This document shows, one piece after another, positions 1-9,613 of a stretch of DNA of 64,000 nucleotides (position 1 is the first letter of the stretch; the number at the start of each line of letters is the position of its first letter). The stretch spans positions 3,188,797-3,252,796 of the forward strand of contig CBDDFZ010000001.1 in the NCBI GenBank assembly GCA_965227515.1, written 5' to 3'. Below the pieces are notes generated by a model that was not told where the DNA came from, did no database searches, and worked only from the letters and a program-made list of their open reading frames with translations. This DNA is from Alphaproteobacteria bacterium. GTDB lineage: Bacteria; Pseudomonadota; Alphaproteobacteria; CALKHQ01. The translations under genes and the position numbers were made by a program.

Positions 1-2597
1 GCGAACGGGCCATTGGCCTCGCGCTCGGCAACCAGGTCCTCCATCGCCTGGCGGCCGACGCCCTTGATTGCGCACAGCGCATAGCGGATGGCGGGCTTGC
101 CCCCGGCATCGTTCTCCACCGCGAACGACGTGTGGGAGGCATTGACGTCGGGCGGCAGGATCGCGATGTCCTGGCGCAAGAGCTCGTTGCGATAGCCGGC
201 CAGCTTCTCGGTGTTGCCCATGTCGTGGGTCATCGACGCGGCAAAGAACTCGACCGGATAGTTCGCCTTCAGATAGGCGGTCTGGTAGGCGACCAGGGCA
301 TAGGCCGCCGCGTGGCTCTTGTTGAAGCCGTAGCCGGCGAACTTGTTCACCTGGTCGAAGATGCGCCGCGCGGTGTCCGGCCCCACCTCATTGCGCTTGG
401 CGCCCTCGACGAAGCTCTCCTTCTGGGCATCCATCTCCGCCTGGATCTTCTTGCCCATGGCGCGGCGCAGCAGGTCGGCGTCGCCCAGCGTGTAGCCGGC
501 CAGCACCTGGGCGATCTGCATCACCTGTTCCTGGTAGATCATGATGCCGTGGGTCTCGGCCAGAATAGGCTCCAGGCTGCCATGCATGAAGTCGGGCGCC
601 TCGCGCCCGTGCTTGCGGTTGATGTAGCTCGGGATGTTTTCCATCGGGCCCGGGCGGTAGAGCGCCACGACGGCGATGATGTCCTCGAACCGGTCCGGTT
701 TCAGGCGGCGCAGCACGTCGCGCACGCCGCCGCTTTCCATCTGGAACACGCCGGTTACATCCGCCTTGGTCAGCATCTCGAACGTGTGCCTGTCGTCGAG
801 CGGGATGTGGTCGATGTCGATGGTGGTGCCGCGCGCCGCCAGGATGTCGCACGCTTCGCGAATGACAGTCAGCGTCTTCAGGCCCAGGAAGTCGAACTTC
901 ACCAGCCCGGCCTTCTCGACCAGCTTCATGTTGAACTGGGTCGCCGGCATGTCGGAGCCGGGGTCCTTGTAGAGCGGCACCAGCTCGGTCAGCGGCCGGT
1001 CGCCGATCACCACGCCGGCGGCGTGGGTCGAAGCGTTTCGGAACAGGCCCTCCAGTTGCAGCGCGGTCTCCAGCAGGCGCTTCACCGCCTCTTCCTTGTC
1101 GCGCATCTCCTGCAGCCTGGGCTCGCCCTCGATCGCCTGCTTCAGCGTCACCGGCTTGGCCGGGTTGTAGGGGATCATCTTGGCGATGCGGTCGACCTGG
1201 CCGTACGGCATCTCCAGCACGCGGCCGGCATCGCGCACTACGGCGCGCGCCTCCAGCTTGCCGAAGGTGATGATCTGGGCGACCCGGTCGTGGCCGTACT
1301 TGTCCTGGACGTAGTGGATGACCTCGTCGCGCCGGTCCTTGCAGAAGTCGATGTCGAAGTCGGGCATCGACACGCGCTCGGGGTTCAGGAAGCGCTCGAA
1401 CAGCAGGCCCCAGCGCAGCGGGTCGAGGTCGGTGATGCCCAGCGACCACGCGGCGACGGAGCCGGCGCCGGAACCGCGTCCGGGGCCGACCGGAATGCCC
1501 TGCCCCTTCGCCCACTGGATGAAGTCGGCGACGATCAGGAAGTAGCCTGGGAAGCCCATCTGCACGATGACGTCGAGCTCGTGGACCAGGCGGTCGCGGT
1601 ACGGCTTGGTCCAGTCGCCCTCAGCAGGCTTGTTCTCCGTCCGCGCGATGTCGGCGAGCCGTCGGTCGAGCCCCTGCTCGGCCATGGCGCGCAGCGCGTC
1701 CGCCTCGTCCAGGCCCTCGGCCGACTGGAAGCGCGGCAGGATCGGGTCATGCTCGGTCGGGTAATAGGCGCAGCGCCTGGCGATGACGAGCGTGTTGGCA
1801 ATCGCCTCCGGCAGGTCGGCGAAGGCATAGGCCATCTCCTCGGCCTTGCGGAAACGGTGCTGACGGGTCAGGCGCCGGCGCCTGGTGTCGGAAACGTGGG
1901 TACGGTCGGCGATGCACAACAGCGCGTCGTGCGCCTCGTACATCTCCTGCTCGGCGAAATAGACCTCGTTGGTGGCGACCAGCGGCAGGTCCATGTCATA
2001 GGCCAGCTCGACCAGCCCGTCCTCGATCATCGCCTCCAGGTCGGTGCCGTGTCGGGTGATCTCCATGTAGAGCCGGCCCGGAAACAACGTCGACAGCGAG
2101 GTCGCGAGCTGCCGAGCGCGGTCCTTCTGCCCCTCCGCCAGCGCACGGCCGATGCCGCCGCCAGTGCCGCCGGTGAGCGCGATCAGCCCGTTGGTCCGCC
2201 CCTCCAGCACGCCGTAGCCGTCCAATGACGGGGCTCCGGCGGCGGGGGTCACGTAGCCTTCGCTCACCAGGGACAGCAGGTTCAGGTAGCCCGCCTCGTC
2301 CTGCGCCAGCAACGGCAGCGCCTCGATGCAATGGCCGCCATTGCCGTTGCTGGAATGGCCCTCGCCGGCATGCGAGACCGCGATCGGCAAGGTGCACCCG
2401 ATGATCGGCTGGACCCCGGCCTTCACGGCGGCCAGCGCAAATTCCAGCGCGCCGAATAGATTGCCGTTGTCGGTCACGGCGACGGCCGGCATCGCATCCG
2501 CCGCGCACAGCTTCGGCAGATCGGCGACCTTGATCGCGCCCTCCGTCAGCGAATAGGCAGAGCGGACGCGAAGGTGTACAAACGGGGCGTGGGCCAT
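1..2597 (-). CDS. dnaE: DNA polymerase III alpha subunit, N-terminal 865 aa (C-terminus beyond window edge)
   Basis: Minus-strand translation begins MAHAPFVHLRVRSAYSLTEGAIKV, aligning to the E. coli DnaE N-terminus (MSEPRFVHLRVHSDYS). PHP and polymerase core motifs follow. The plus-strand ORF 132..2228 is a shadow ORF. Confidence 0.9.
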   Translation of the reverse strand, partial: MAHAPFVHLRVRSAYSLTEGAIKVADLPKLCAADAMPAVAVTDNGNLFGALEFALAAVKAGVQPIIGCTLPIAVSHAGEGHSSNGNGGHCIEALPLLAQDEAGYLNLLSLVSEGYVTPAAGAPSLDGYGVLEGRTNGLIALTGGTGGGIGRALAEGQKDRARQLATSLSTLFPGRLYMEITRHGTDLEAMIEDGLVELAYDMDLPLVATNEVYFAEQEMYEAHDALLCIADRTHVSDTRRRRLTRQHRFRKAEEMAYAFADLPEAIANTLVIARRCAYYPTEHDPILPRFQSAEGLDEADALRAMAEQGLDRRLADIARTENKPAEGDWTKPYRDRLVHELDVIVQMGFPGYFLIVADFIQWAKGQGIPVGPGRGSGAGSVAAWSLGITDLDPLRWGLLFERFLNPERVSMPDFDIDFCKDRRDEVIHYVQDKYGHDRVAQIITFGKLEARAVVRDAGRVLEMPYGQVDRIAKMIPYNPAKPVTLKQAIEGEPRLQEMRDKEEAVKRLLETALQLEGLFRNASTHAAGVVIGDRPLTELVPLYKDPGSDMPATQFNMKLVEKAGLVKFDFLGLKTLTVIREACDILAARGTTIDIDHIPLDDRHTFEMLTKADVTGVFQMESGGVRDVLRRLKPDRFEDIIAVVALYRPGPMENIPSYINRKHGREAPDFMHGSLEPILAETHGIMIYQEQVMQIAQVLAGYTLGDADLLRRAMGKKIQAEMDAQKESFVEGAKRNEVGPDTARRIFDQVNKFAGYGFNKSHAAAYALVAYQTAYLKANYPVEFFAASMTHDMGNTEKLAGYRNELLRQDIAILPPDVNASHTSFAVENDAGGKPAIRYALCAIKGVGRQAMEDLVAEREANGPF

Positions 2598-2724
2598 GCC
2601 CAAGTGTGCCATGCCGGCGCCGCGAAGTCAGCCCGTCTGCGTGCGCCGAGCCACAACATCTTGTGGATAACTGGGCCAGCCGCGCACATCATGGGCCATT
2701 GACACGATGACTGGGGAGACTGCC

Positions 2725-3342
2725 ATGCGATCGTTCGAGACCGAGGCCGCACTGCGCGAGGTGATGGGCGAGGCCATGGGGGTGGCGGTCGAGAAGGTGC
2801 TGGATCATGTCGACCAGCACATCCGCCACTTCATTTCGCTGTCCCCGTTCCTGACCATCGGTACCTCGCGCGCCGACGGCCAGGCCGATGTCAGCCCGCG
2901 CGGCGACCCGCCCGGCTTCGTGATGGTGGTCGACGAGCGCACCTTGCTGATCCCGGAGCGGCCCGGCAACCGCCGCCTGGACACGCTGACCAACATTATC
3001 GCCAACCCGCAGGTGGGCTTGCTGTTCTTCGTGCCCGGCATCAACGAGACCGTGCGTATCAACGGCACGGCCGAGGTGGTGGACGATCCGGAGCGGCTGG
3101 CGGCGCTGGCCGTGCGGGGCAAGGTGCCGCAGGTCGGCCTGCTGGTCCACGTGCAAGAGGCCTTCATGCACTGCGCCAAGGCGCTGGTGCGCTCCAAGCT
3201 GTGGACGGACGAGCACAAGGTCGAGCGGTCGTCCTATCCGAGCCTGGGACAGATCATCGTCGACCAGGCCAAGGAGCCGTCGCTGTCGGTCAGCGAGGCC
3301 GACGAGCTGGTCGAAGAAAACTACCGAACCGAACTCTATTGA
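2725..3342 (+). CDS. pyridoxamine 5'-phosphate oxidase family (FMN-binding split-barrel) protein
   Basis: The sequence pattern is typical of PPOX-related proteins (PRGDPPGFV...LLIPERPGNRRLDTLTNI). A GGGGAG SD lies 8 nt upstream of the ATG at 2725. The ATG at 2707 lacks an SD. Confidence 0.6.
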   Translation: MRSFETEAALREVMGEAMGVAVEKVLDHVDQHIRHFISLSPFLTIGTSRADGQADVSPRGDPPGFVMVVDERTLLIPERPGNRRLDTLTNIIANPQVGLLFFVPGINETVRINGTAEVVDDPERLAALAVRGKVPQVGLLVHVQEAFMHCAKALVRSKLWTDEHKVERSSYPSLGQIIVDQAKEPSLSVSEADELVEENYRTELY

Positions 3343-3343
3343 G

Positions 3344-4216
3344 ATGGCGCCCGAAATGACGACCGAAATGACCACCGAGATGACGACGCAATCGTACGAG
3401 GACCAGGGTTTCCAGGCGCCGATCCGCGTGATGTCAGCGGAGGCCGCGGCGGCGCTTCACGCGCGGATGGAAGCGTTCCGCCGCGAGCACCCGGACGACT
3501 TCGCCTTCGCGTTCAACGCCAACTGCCAATACCTGTTTCCGTGGCTGTTCGACCTGACCCTGAACGACACGGTGCTGGATGCCGTGGAGCAGGTCATCGG
3601 CCCCAACATCCTAGTCTGGTCGGCCATGTTCTTCGCCAAGGACCCCGGCGACGGCAAGTTCGTCAGCTGGCATCAGGATTCCACCTACTGGGGCCTGGAG
3701 CCGCCGGACATCGTGACCGCCTGGATCGCGCTGACGCCGAGCACGCCCGAGAGCGGGTGCATGCGCGTGGTGCCCGGCAGCCACCAGTGGGGCCAGCTTG
3801 GCCACGCCGACACCTTCGGTGACGACAACCTTTTGAGCCGCGGTCAGGAGATCGCCGTCGACGTATCGGAGGACCAGGCACACGACGTGGTCCTGCAGCC
3901 AGGCGAGATGAGCCTGCATCACGTGCGCATCGTGCACGGGTCGAACCCGAACACGTCCACCCTGCCCCGGGTCGGCTTTGCCATTCGCTACATCCCGACC
4001 TACTGCCACCAGGCCAACGGCCGCACCTTCGCCGTGCTGGCGCGCGGCAAGGACGAGTTCGGGAATTTCGAACCGGGCCGCAGGCCGGACGCCGACTACG
4101 ACGACGCCAGCCGGGCGTTCCATCGCAAGGTGCTGGCCAGCGTCAACGCGATCCTGATGGCGGATGCGGCGTCGGACAGCCATTCGCCTGGTCACCGGGT
4201 GATGGCGGAGTCGTAA
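3344..4216 (+). CDS. phytanoyl-CoA dioxygenase (PhyH) family Fe(II)/2-oxoglutarate oxygenase
   Basis: A WHQDSTYWGLEPPD...TAWIAL motif and an H-x-D...H facial triad context are present. It is tightly coupled to the upstream gene (stop, 1 nt, ATG). The N-terminus carries the MTTEMTTEMTT repeat. Confidence 0.75.
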   Translation: MAPEMTTEMTTEMTTQSYEDQGFQAPIRVMSAEAAAALHARMEAFRREHPDDFAFAFNANCQYLFPWLFDLTLNDTVLDAVEQVIGPNILVWSAMFFAKDPGDGKFVSWHQDSTYWGLEPPDIVTAWIALTPSTPESGCMRVVPGSHQWGQLGHADTFGDDNLLSRGQEIAVDVSEDQAHDVVLQPGEMSLHHVRIVHGSNPNTSTLPRVGFAIRYIPTYCHQANGRTFAVLARGKDEFGNFEPGRRPDADYDDASRAFHRKVLASVNAILMADAASDSHSPGHRVMAES

Positions 4217-4243
4217 CCCCGACATCTCGGCCGTAGGGCGAAC

Positions 4244-4666
4244 CTAGAGATAGACGGTGTTGGGCCCACCCTGGGGGGCGTTCTTCAGAAGCGGCGCCAG
4301 GCAGTCGCGCAGATCGTCCAGCTTAGCCGGGGTTTGCAGGATCGAGGTCTGTCGCGCGATGGCGGACTGGGCCGCCTCGGGCGTGCTGGATAGGATGACC
4401 AGCTTGGGTTGCCGGTCGAGGTGGCTGTCCACCCAGGTCACGACGGCCTGGGCATCCACATCGGGGTAGTGCTCGTGGACAAACACCAAGGCGTATGTGT
4501 GCTCGCCGAGCATCTGGATCGCATTGGCCGTGCTGTCGGCGTCGTCGTGGTCGAAAGTGGCGGGCAGGAATGAAAGCGACCGGACCAGGTCAGCGGTTGC
4601 CCATGGCAAACAGCCGACAACCAGGGTCCTGATTGTCGGCAACGTCGCCCATGAATTCTCCCCCAT
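4244..4666 (-). CDS. hypothetical protein, atypical receiver-like (pseudo-receiver) domain
   Basis: The beta-alpha pattern RTLVVG...ALVFVHEHYPDVD...LVILSSTPE...PAKLDDL resembles a REC fold but lacks the canonical phospho-acceptor Asp. An AGGAGAG SD precedes the MGENSW start. Confidence 0.35.
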   Translation of the reverse strand: MGENSWATLPTIRTLVVGCLPWATADLVRSLSFLPATFDHDDADSTANAIQMLGEHTYALVFVHEHYPDVDAQAVVTWVDSHLDRQPKLVILSSTPEAAQSAIARQTSILQTPAKLDDLRDCLAPLLKNAPQGGPNTVYL

Positions 4667-5133
4667 CTCTTCGGCTCTCCTAGCGAGGGTCTGCACGAAA
4701 ACTGTTCGAGGCGGACGCAGCCTGCTCCAGCTTTGCCATGACCATGCCTGGCGGCGCGCGGAACATACAGTTTGTTACCGTTAGACACGGTTACATTTTG
4801 CCGAGCCCAGGTGCGGAGGCTAGAGCGTGTTCAATGTCATCGCGGTCATTCTGCCGGCGAGCCATTGGCCGGAGGTTAGGAGCGAGGACGAAGGACATGC
4901 AAAAGCATATTCGAGGACGAGCGACGCGGCCTCCGGCAAATGGCGCCCGGCCCGTAAGGGTTTCCACCCGGCGGGCATCCGCTACGTCGCGCCCCTTGCC
5001 CGATGCTTCGGCATCGCGCTGCGAACCGCTCCTGGCGGGCTGTCGCGCCGGACTGGAAACAGAATTGATCACGATTACACTGAATACGCTCTAGGCAAGT
5101 TCAATTCCGCGGAAGTCTTGCGTCCCCTGGGGA

Positions 5134-6969
5134 ATGAGTGCAGACGTAACAGCGCACCGTCGCATCAACGCGAAAAACATGGCCGTGAACCCAAGCGAAA
5201 TAGAGCAAAAACTCAACGCCATCTTGGCGTCGCCCGAGTTTGCGTCTTCGCCGAAGATGCAGGCGTTGCTCCGATATATTGTTGAAGCAAGCGTGAATGG
5301 CGACGGAGATAAACTCAAGGGTTACACGATTGGCCTGGACGTCTTTGACAGGGGCGAAGACTTCGATCCGCGCACCGACTCCATCGTGCGTGTGCAGATG
5401 GCGCGCCTGAGGGAGCTGCTGCAAAAGTAGTACCGCGGCACGGGCGCCGATGACGCCATTCGAATCGACCTGCCCAAGGGAAGCTACGAAGCGGTGTTCG
5501 TGTCGGCGGAACAGGACAGCGACCACGCTGCCGATGCTGCCGCCGCGTCGACGGAGGACATCGCCCACGTCGAAACGGTCGTGTTCGCGGAACACAGGCG
5601 CACGCGGCGGCGCGCCGTGGCGGCAATTGCCGGTGCCGGCGCCCTGGTGGTCGGTGCCTTGATCCTGATCTACGTCGTGTTTCTGCAGGATCGTCAGGGC
5701 CCGCAGGATCCCGACAGCACCGGCCCAGCACAGCTCGTCGAGGGCCAGGACGGCGTCGCGCTTGCCGTACTGCCGTTCGCCAATCTGACCGCCGATCCGG
5801 AACAACAGCCCTTCGCCGACGGCCTGACCGATGCGCTAACCACCTCGCTGTCCCGGTTGCCGGGGCTGTCGCTTGCGTCGCGGACCGCGGCGTTCCAGTT
5901 TCGCGACGCGGCCGACATCCGCGAAGTCGGCCAGGAGCTCGGCGTGCGCTATCTGGTCGAGGGCGGGCTGCAGTGGGACAACGACAGGGTCAGGGTTACG
6001 GCCCAGCTGATCGACGTCCAGACCGGCACCCACATCTGGGCCAATGCCTATGAGCTGGTGGCCGACGACTACTTCGCGGCGCAGGACCAGATCGTATCCG
6101 CTATCTCGACCGACCTGGAGCCTCAGGTCTTCAACGCCGCGCGGGCGGTGCTCGCCGACACCCCGGTCGACGAACTGACGCCGTGGCAGCTCTATCTGCT
6201 CGCGACGTGGGTGATCGGGGAACCGAACAGCAGCCTCGAGGACGAGTGGATGCGGGTCGACATGGCGCAGCGGGCGGTGGCGCTGGACCCCGATTTCGCA
6301 CTCGCGCACGCCGCGCTGGCGGACAAGCTGGCATACCTGTCGAACTTCGACAGGCAGACCGAGTTCCAGGCCGCGCGCGACGAGGCGGCGATGCACGCCA
6401 ACGCGGCATTGGACCTGGCGCCCGAAAACCCCAGCGTGCTGTTCAACGTGTCGGTCTACCACTGGCATCTGGGCGACACGGACAAATCGGTGAAGCTGCT
6501 GAGCCGGGTGCTGCAGATTCAGCCGGCCCATCCGCTGGCGCAGTTCCTGGTCGAGGTGCAGCCATACACCTGCGTGGCGGCTCCCCGCGAGGCGGTCGAT
6601 GCCCTGGCGGCATTTGACGCGTCGTTGACGCAGGACAATCCGTTGCACTGGTTGACCCAGCAGTGGATCGCACTGCTGGCGCTCAATCGCGGCGAGGCTG
6701 CCCGGGCTAGCGAGGCGGCCGAGCTCTCGGCGCAGATCTACCGGTCCCCCTACACCGTGTTCGTGTTGGCGAGCGCCCGTATGCAACTGGGGGACATGGC
6801 CGGCGCGACCGAAGCGATGGACAGCCTGCATCGGACATGGCCGACGCTGGATGCAGGGCGCTATGCCAATGAGGTGGCGCCATCGCGATGCGGCGATGCG
6901 GACAGCTCGGTGTACACCCGGGCTATCCAGGACCTGGATGCGGCGCTGGGTGAGGACGCCGGCGGCTGA
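5134..6969 (+). pseudogene. OmpR/CadC-type winged-helix + TolB-N-like + TPR domain regulator interrupted by an in-frame TAG (5428-5430)
   Basis: ORFs 5134..5430 and 5494..6969 are in the same frame and separated only by the single in-frame stop TAG at 5428-5430. The stop falls inside the winged-helix domain (LRELLQK * YRGTGADDAIRIDLPKGSYEAVF). Confidence 0.6.
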
Positions 6970-7188
6970 ACGGCGGTGGCCAAAGGGCGACGGCCCATTC
7001 GCCTTACTGCCATCACATTCCTTGGATACACCGGCTGCGGGAATGCGGTTGATGCCCTTGCATCGAGCCGCGCGCACGTTCGACGTCGGCCATTCAGGCC
7101 CCGTGGAATTGACGGGACTTGGCCCTTGTGGTGCTGTCACGCACGGGGTGGGCCATTGTTGGCGGTCGCGACATTGCAGGGAGTCTGA

Positions 7189-7917
7189 ATGATGGTCTCT
7201 ATGGTTTCGGTGAGACGGCGCCTGACGGCAGGTGTGGCGGCGATGGCCATGGTCGCGGGTGCGGCCGGCGCGGCGTGGGCGGCGGACGGTGCGCGGTCGC
7301 AGAGCGCGGCGGCGGTGTCGGTGCAGACGCTCGCCATGGCGCAACGCGTCGCTGCCTATGGCATCGAGACCGGCGACCCGATCCTGCTGATCGCGGCGGC
7401 GCGCATGGCGCGCCCGTTCGAGGTCCGGACATCCGACATCGTGCCGCTGGGCGACACGGCTGAAGCCCAGGGCAAGCCCCTGCCCGCCTCGAGCGACGAA
7501 ATGCTGGAGGTCGCGCGCGAACTGGCCGGCGACCGCGCCGACCTGATCGGCCTGATCGAGGACATCGAGGCCGAAAGCTCGCGCGGCAGCGTCTATGCCG
7601 CCATGCTGGAAGGCCTCGCCGTCGACGGTGCCGCCCTCGGCGCCGGCAGCTACCAGGGCTATATCCAGCCCGGTGCCAAGGCCGAGTTCGCCGATGCCTT
7701 CGTCGGCGGCGAGCCTGCCGTCATCGCGTTGACCGGCGAGGCAACGGCCGACATTTGGTTCCGTGTCGTCGACGACGAAGGCAACGAGCTGTGCATCAGC
7801 GACTTCGCAGCCGACCAGGGCTGCGAGTGGCTGCCGGCCAAGACCATGGAAGTCACCATCATCATCGAGAACGGCAGCAACGCCGACGGCAGCAATTTCA
7901 CCCTGTGGACGAACTGA
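7189..7917 (+). CDS. secreted hypothetical protein (signal peptide)
   Basis: N-terminal RRRLTAGVAAMAMVAGAAGAAWA signal-like segment. No recognisable catalytic motifs. Confidence 0.5.
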   Translation: MMVSMVSVRRRLTAGVAAMAMVAGAAGAAWAADGARSQSAAAVSVQTLAMAQRVAAYGIETGDPILLIAAARMARPFEVRTSDIVPLGDTAEAQGKPLPASSDEMLEVARELAGDRADLIGLIEDIEAESSRGSVYAAMLEGLAVDGAALGAGSYQGYIQPGAKAEFADAFVGGEPAVIALTGEATADIWFRVVDDEGNELCISDFAADQGCEWLPAKTMEVTIIIENGSNADGSNFTLWTN

Positions 7918-8039
7918 CGCCCTGTATCGATTGAGGCGGGCGCGGGGCAAAATCTCGACCGGCGATTGAACCTGCCGTCCGGCGGGCGCGACGTACCTCC
8001 CAACAAGCGGAATTGGCCGCCTTATTGGGAGTTTGGATC

Positions 8040-8414
8040 ATGCGCATCGCCACCCCGGCCCGTGTCACCGCAATTGCTGTCGCCGCAATCGCCACTGTCG
8101 CCAGCGCCGCGACGGCCAGCGCCCAGGACAGCACGCCCTACGATACCTCCCCGCCGGACCGCGTGGCCCCCGTCGGCCCCTCCGGCCCCGACCTGACGCC
8201 GCAGAACATCAGGCCCGTCGTCGGCGATACGGAAATCGTCGTCCCGATCATCATTCTCGGCCCCGCGCCGGGCGATACCGACTTCGAACTCGATGCCATG
8301 CTCGGCGTCGGCCCTCAAGCGCCGGCGGAAGGCGACCATGCGATCCTGGTGGCCGACGACGGCACCTGCTGGGATCTGGACACCTTCTTCCCCGAGCAGG
8401 TGCCCTGCCCGTAA
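8040..8414 (+). CDS. small secreted hypothetical protein
   Basis: Signal peptide MRIATPARVTAIAVAAIATVASAATASA. SD GGGAG lies upstream of the ATG at 8040. The protein is Pro/Asp-rich and ends CP. Confidence 0.45.
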   Translation: MRIATPARVTAIAVAAIATVASAATASAQDSTPYDTSPPDRVAPVGPSGPDLTPQNIRPVVGDTEIVVPIIILGPAPGDTDFELDAMLGVGPQAPAEGDHAILVADDGTCWDLDTFFPEQVPCP

Positions 8415-8426
8415 GCTTGATCGCTA

Positions 8427-8575
8427 AGTCGGCACCGGCCCTCTCCCATATCCATGCGGTCGCGCATCCGCGCTCTCTTTTGGCACCCGGCCACCCACGA
8501 GAGTATCCAGCGGGGTGGCCGGGTGGGGGCGAGGGCTGGCGCAGACTACAGCGTAAGCTGATCCTGATCTAAGTC
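8427..8575. repeat. family A hairpin intergenic repeat, copy 1 (longer variant)
   Basis: It shares TCGGCACCGGCCCTCTCCC...GGCCGGGTGGGGG(A/C)GAGGGCTGGCGCAGA...GCTGATCCTGATCTA with the copies at 23283 and 46441. The internal inverted repeat is CCCTCTCCC / GGGAGAGGG. It overlaps the stop codon of the DMT gene. Confidence 0.8.
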
Positions 8576-9465
8576 TTCCGACCTGATGTCGTGATCAGCA
8601 CCATGCCGGCGACGATCAGCGCCGCGCCGGCCGCGGCCAGCACATCTGGCACCGTGCCGAATAACGCGAAGTCGTAGAGCGCCGCGAACACCAGCGTGAC
8701 GTAGAGGAACGGTGCTACGTAGCTCGCGGTGGCACGGCGCATGGACTGAATGAACAACCACTGCGCCGTGACCATGGCGCCGCCCAGTGCGGCCAACAGC
8801 AGCCATTGCTCTGTCGTCGGCGCGGTCCACACAAACATCGCCGCCGTACATGAGAGGCACGCGCCGATCGTGTTGTTGATCAGCAGGATGCGCAGCGGCG
8901 GCTCGCGGTCGCTCAGCCGCTTGATCAGCACCATCTCCAGGCCCATGAATGCAGCCGCCGCCAGAGCCAGCAGCGCGGCAGGGCGAAATGCCTCGGTCCC
9001 CGGCCGAATCAACACGATGGTGCCGGCGACCGCGATGCCGGCGGCCAGCCACCGGATGGCCGGCACCCGCTCGCGCAGGAACGCCATCGCCAGCGCCATG
9101 GTCACCAGCGGACTGAGGAAACTGATTGCAGTCGCGTCCGACAGGGGGATGCGGGCGGCGGCCGCGAACATGCAGGTCACCCCCAGCCATCCGCAGGCCG
9201 ACCGCCCGGCGTGCACTGTCCATGCTGCACCGGCCAGCGAGGGCCTGCGCCACGCCGCCACGGCGACGAGCACCGCCAGCGCGAACGCGAACCGGCCGGC
9301 ACTGATCTGCAACGGGTGAAGCGGCGGCCCGGCCGTATCCAACCCCAGGGCCTTGGCGATCAGCGTTGTTGCGGCGATCAGGGCGGTGGCCGCCAGCATC
9401 GCCACGACGGCAACGTTCTGTATTGATCGACGACTTGCGCCAGCTTGGATTTGACCAGTTACCAC
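8569..9465 (-). CDS. DMT superfamily (EamA-like) transporter
   Basis: About 10 TM helices in two duplicated EamA-like halves. The start (GTG at 9465 or ATG at 9399) is uncertain. Confidence 0.7.
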   Translation of the reverse strand: MVTGQIQAGASRRSIQNVAVVAMLAATALIAATTLIAKALGLDTAGPPLHPLQISAGRFAFALAVLVAVAAWRRPSLAGAAWTVHAGRSACGWLGVTCMFAAAARIPLSDATAISFLSPLVTMALAMAFLRERVPAIRWLAAGIAVAGTIVLIRPGTEAFRPAALLALAAAAFMGLEMVLIKRLSDREPPLRILLINNTIGACLSCTAAMFVWTAPTTEQWLLLAALGGAMVTAQWLFIQSMRRATASYVAPFLYVTLVFAALYDFALFGTVPDVLAAAGAALIVAGMVLITTSGRKT

Positions 9466-9613
9466 TATGCTACACCGATTCCACGCATCATTGTTGTATT
9501 ATCATCGATTTCGGAGCTAGGTTGTGAGTTGCCATGTGACCGAAATAGCAATTCGATGCTACGTCTAGGACGCTGTGGCCGTTTGGTGCCGGCATTATAT
9601 TGGGAGGTCGTCT

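Noticed and set aside
132-2228. 698-aa plus-strand ORF over dnaE, and similar long antisense ORFs (5836..7950-, 25204..26307-, 28220..29380-, 30534..32138-, 35213..36991-, 37469..40174-, 41358..42902-, 58599..61499+)
   Set aside because: High-GC genomes generate long stop-free antisense frames. Each overlaps a gene with clear family motifs on the opposite strand. Their translations are Arg/Ala/Gly/Pro-rich low-complexity with no domain signatures.
2707-2724. Upstream ATG (2707) as the start of the PPOX-family gene
   Set aside because: No SD upstream, whereas the ATG at 2725 has GGGGAG at -8. The longer form is kept only as an alternative.
5428-5430. Programmed amber read-through or pyrrolysine at the in-frame TAG
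   Set aside because: No pyl genes or suppressor context are visible, and the position is inside a structural domain. A nonsense mutation or sequencing error is more parsimonious. It is kept as a finding but not called recoding.
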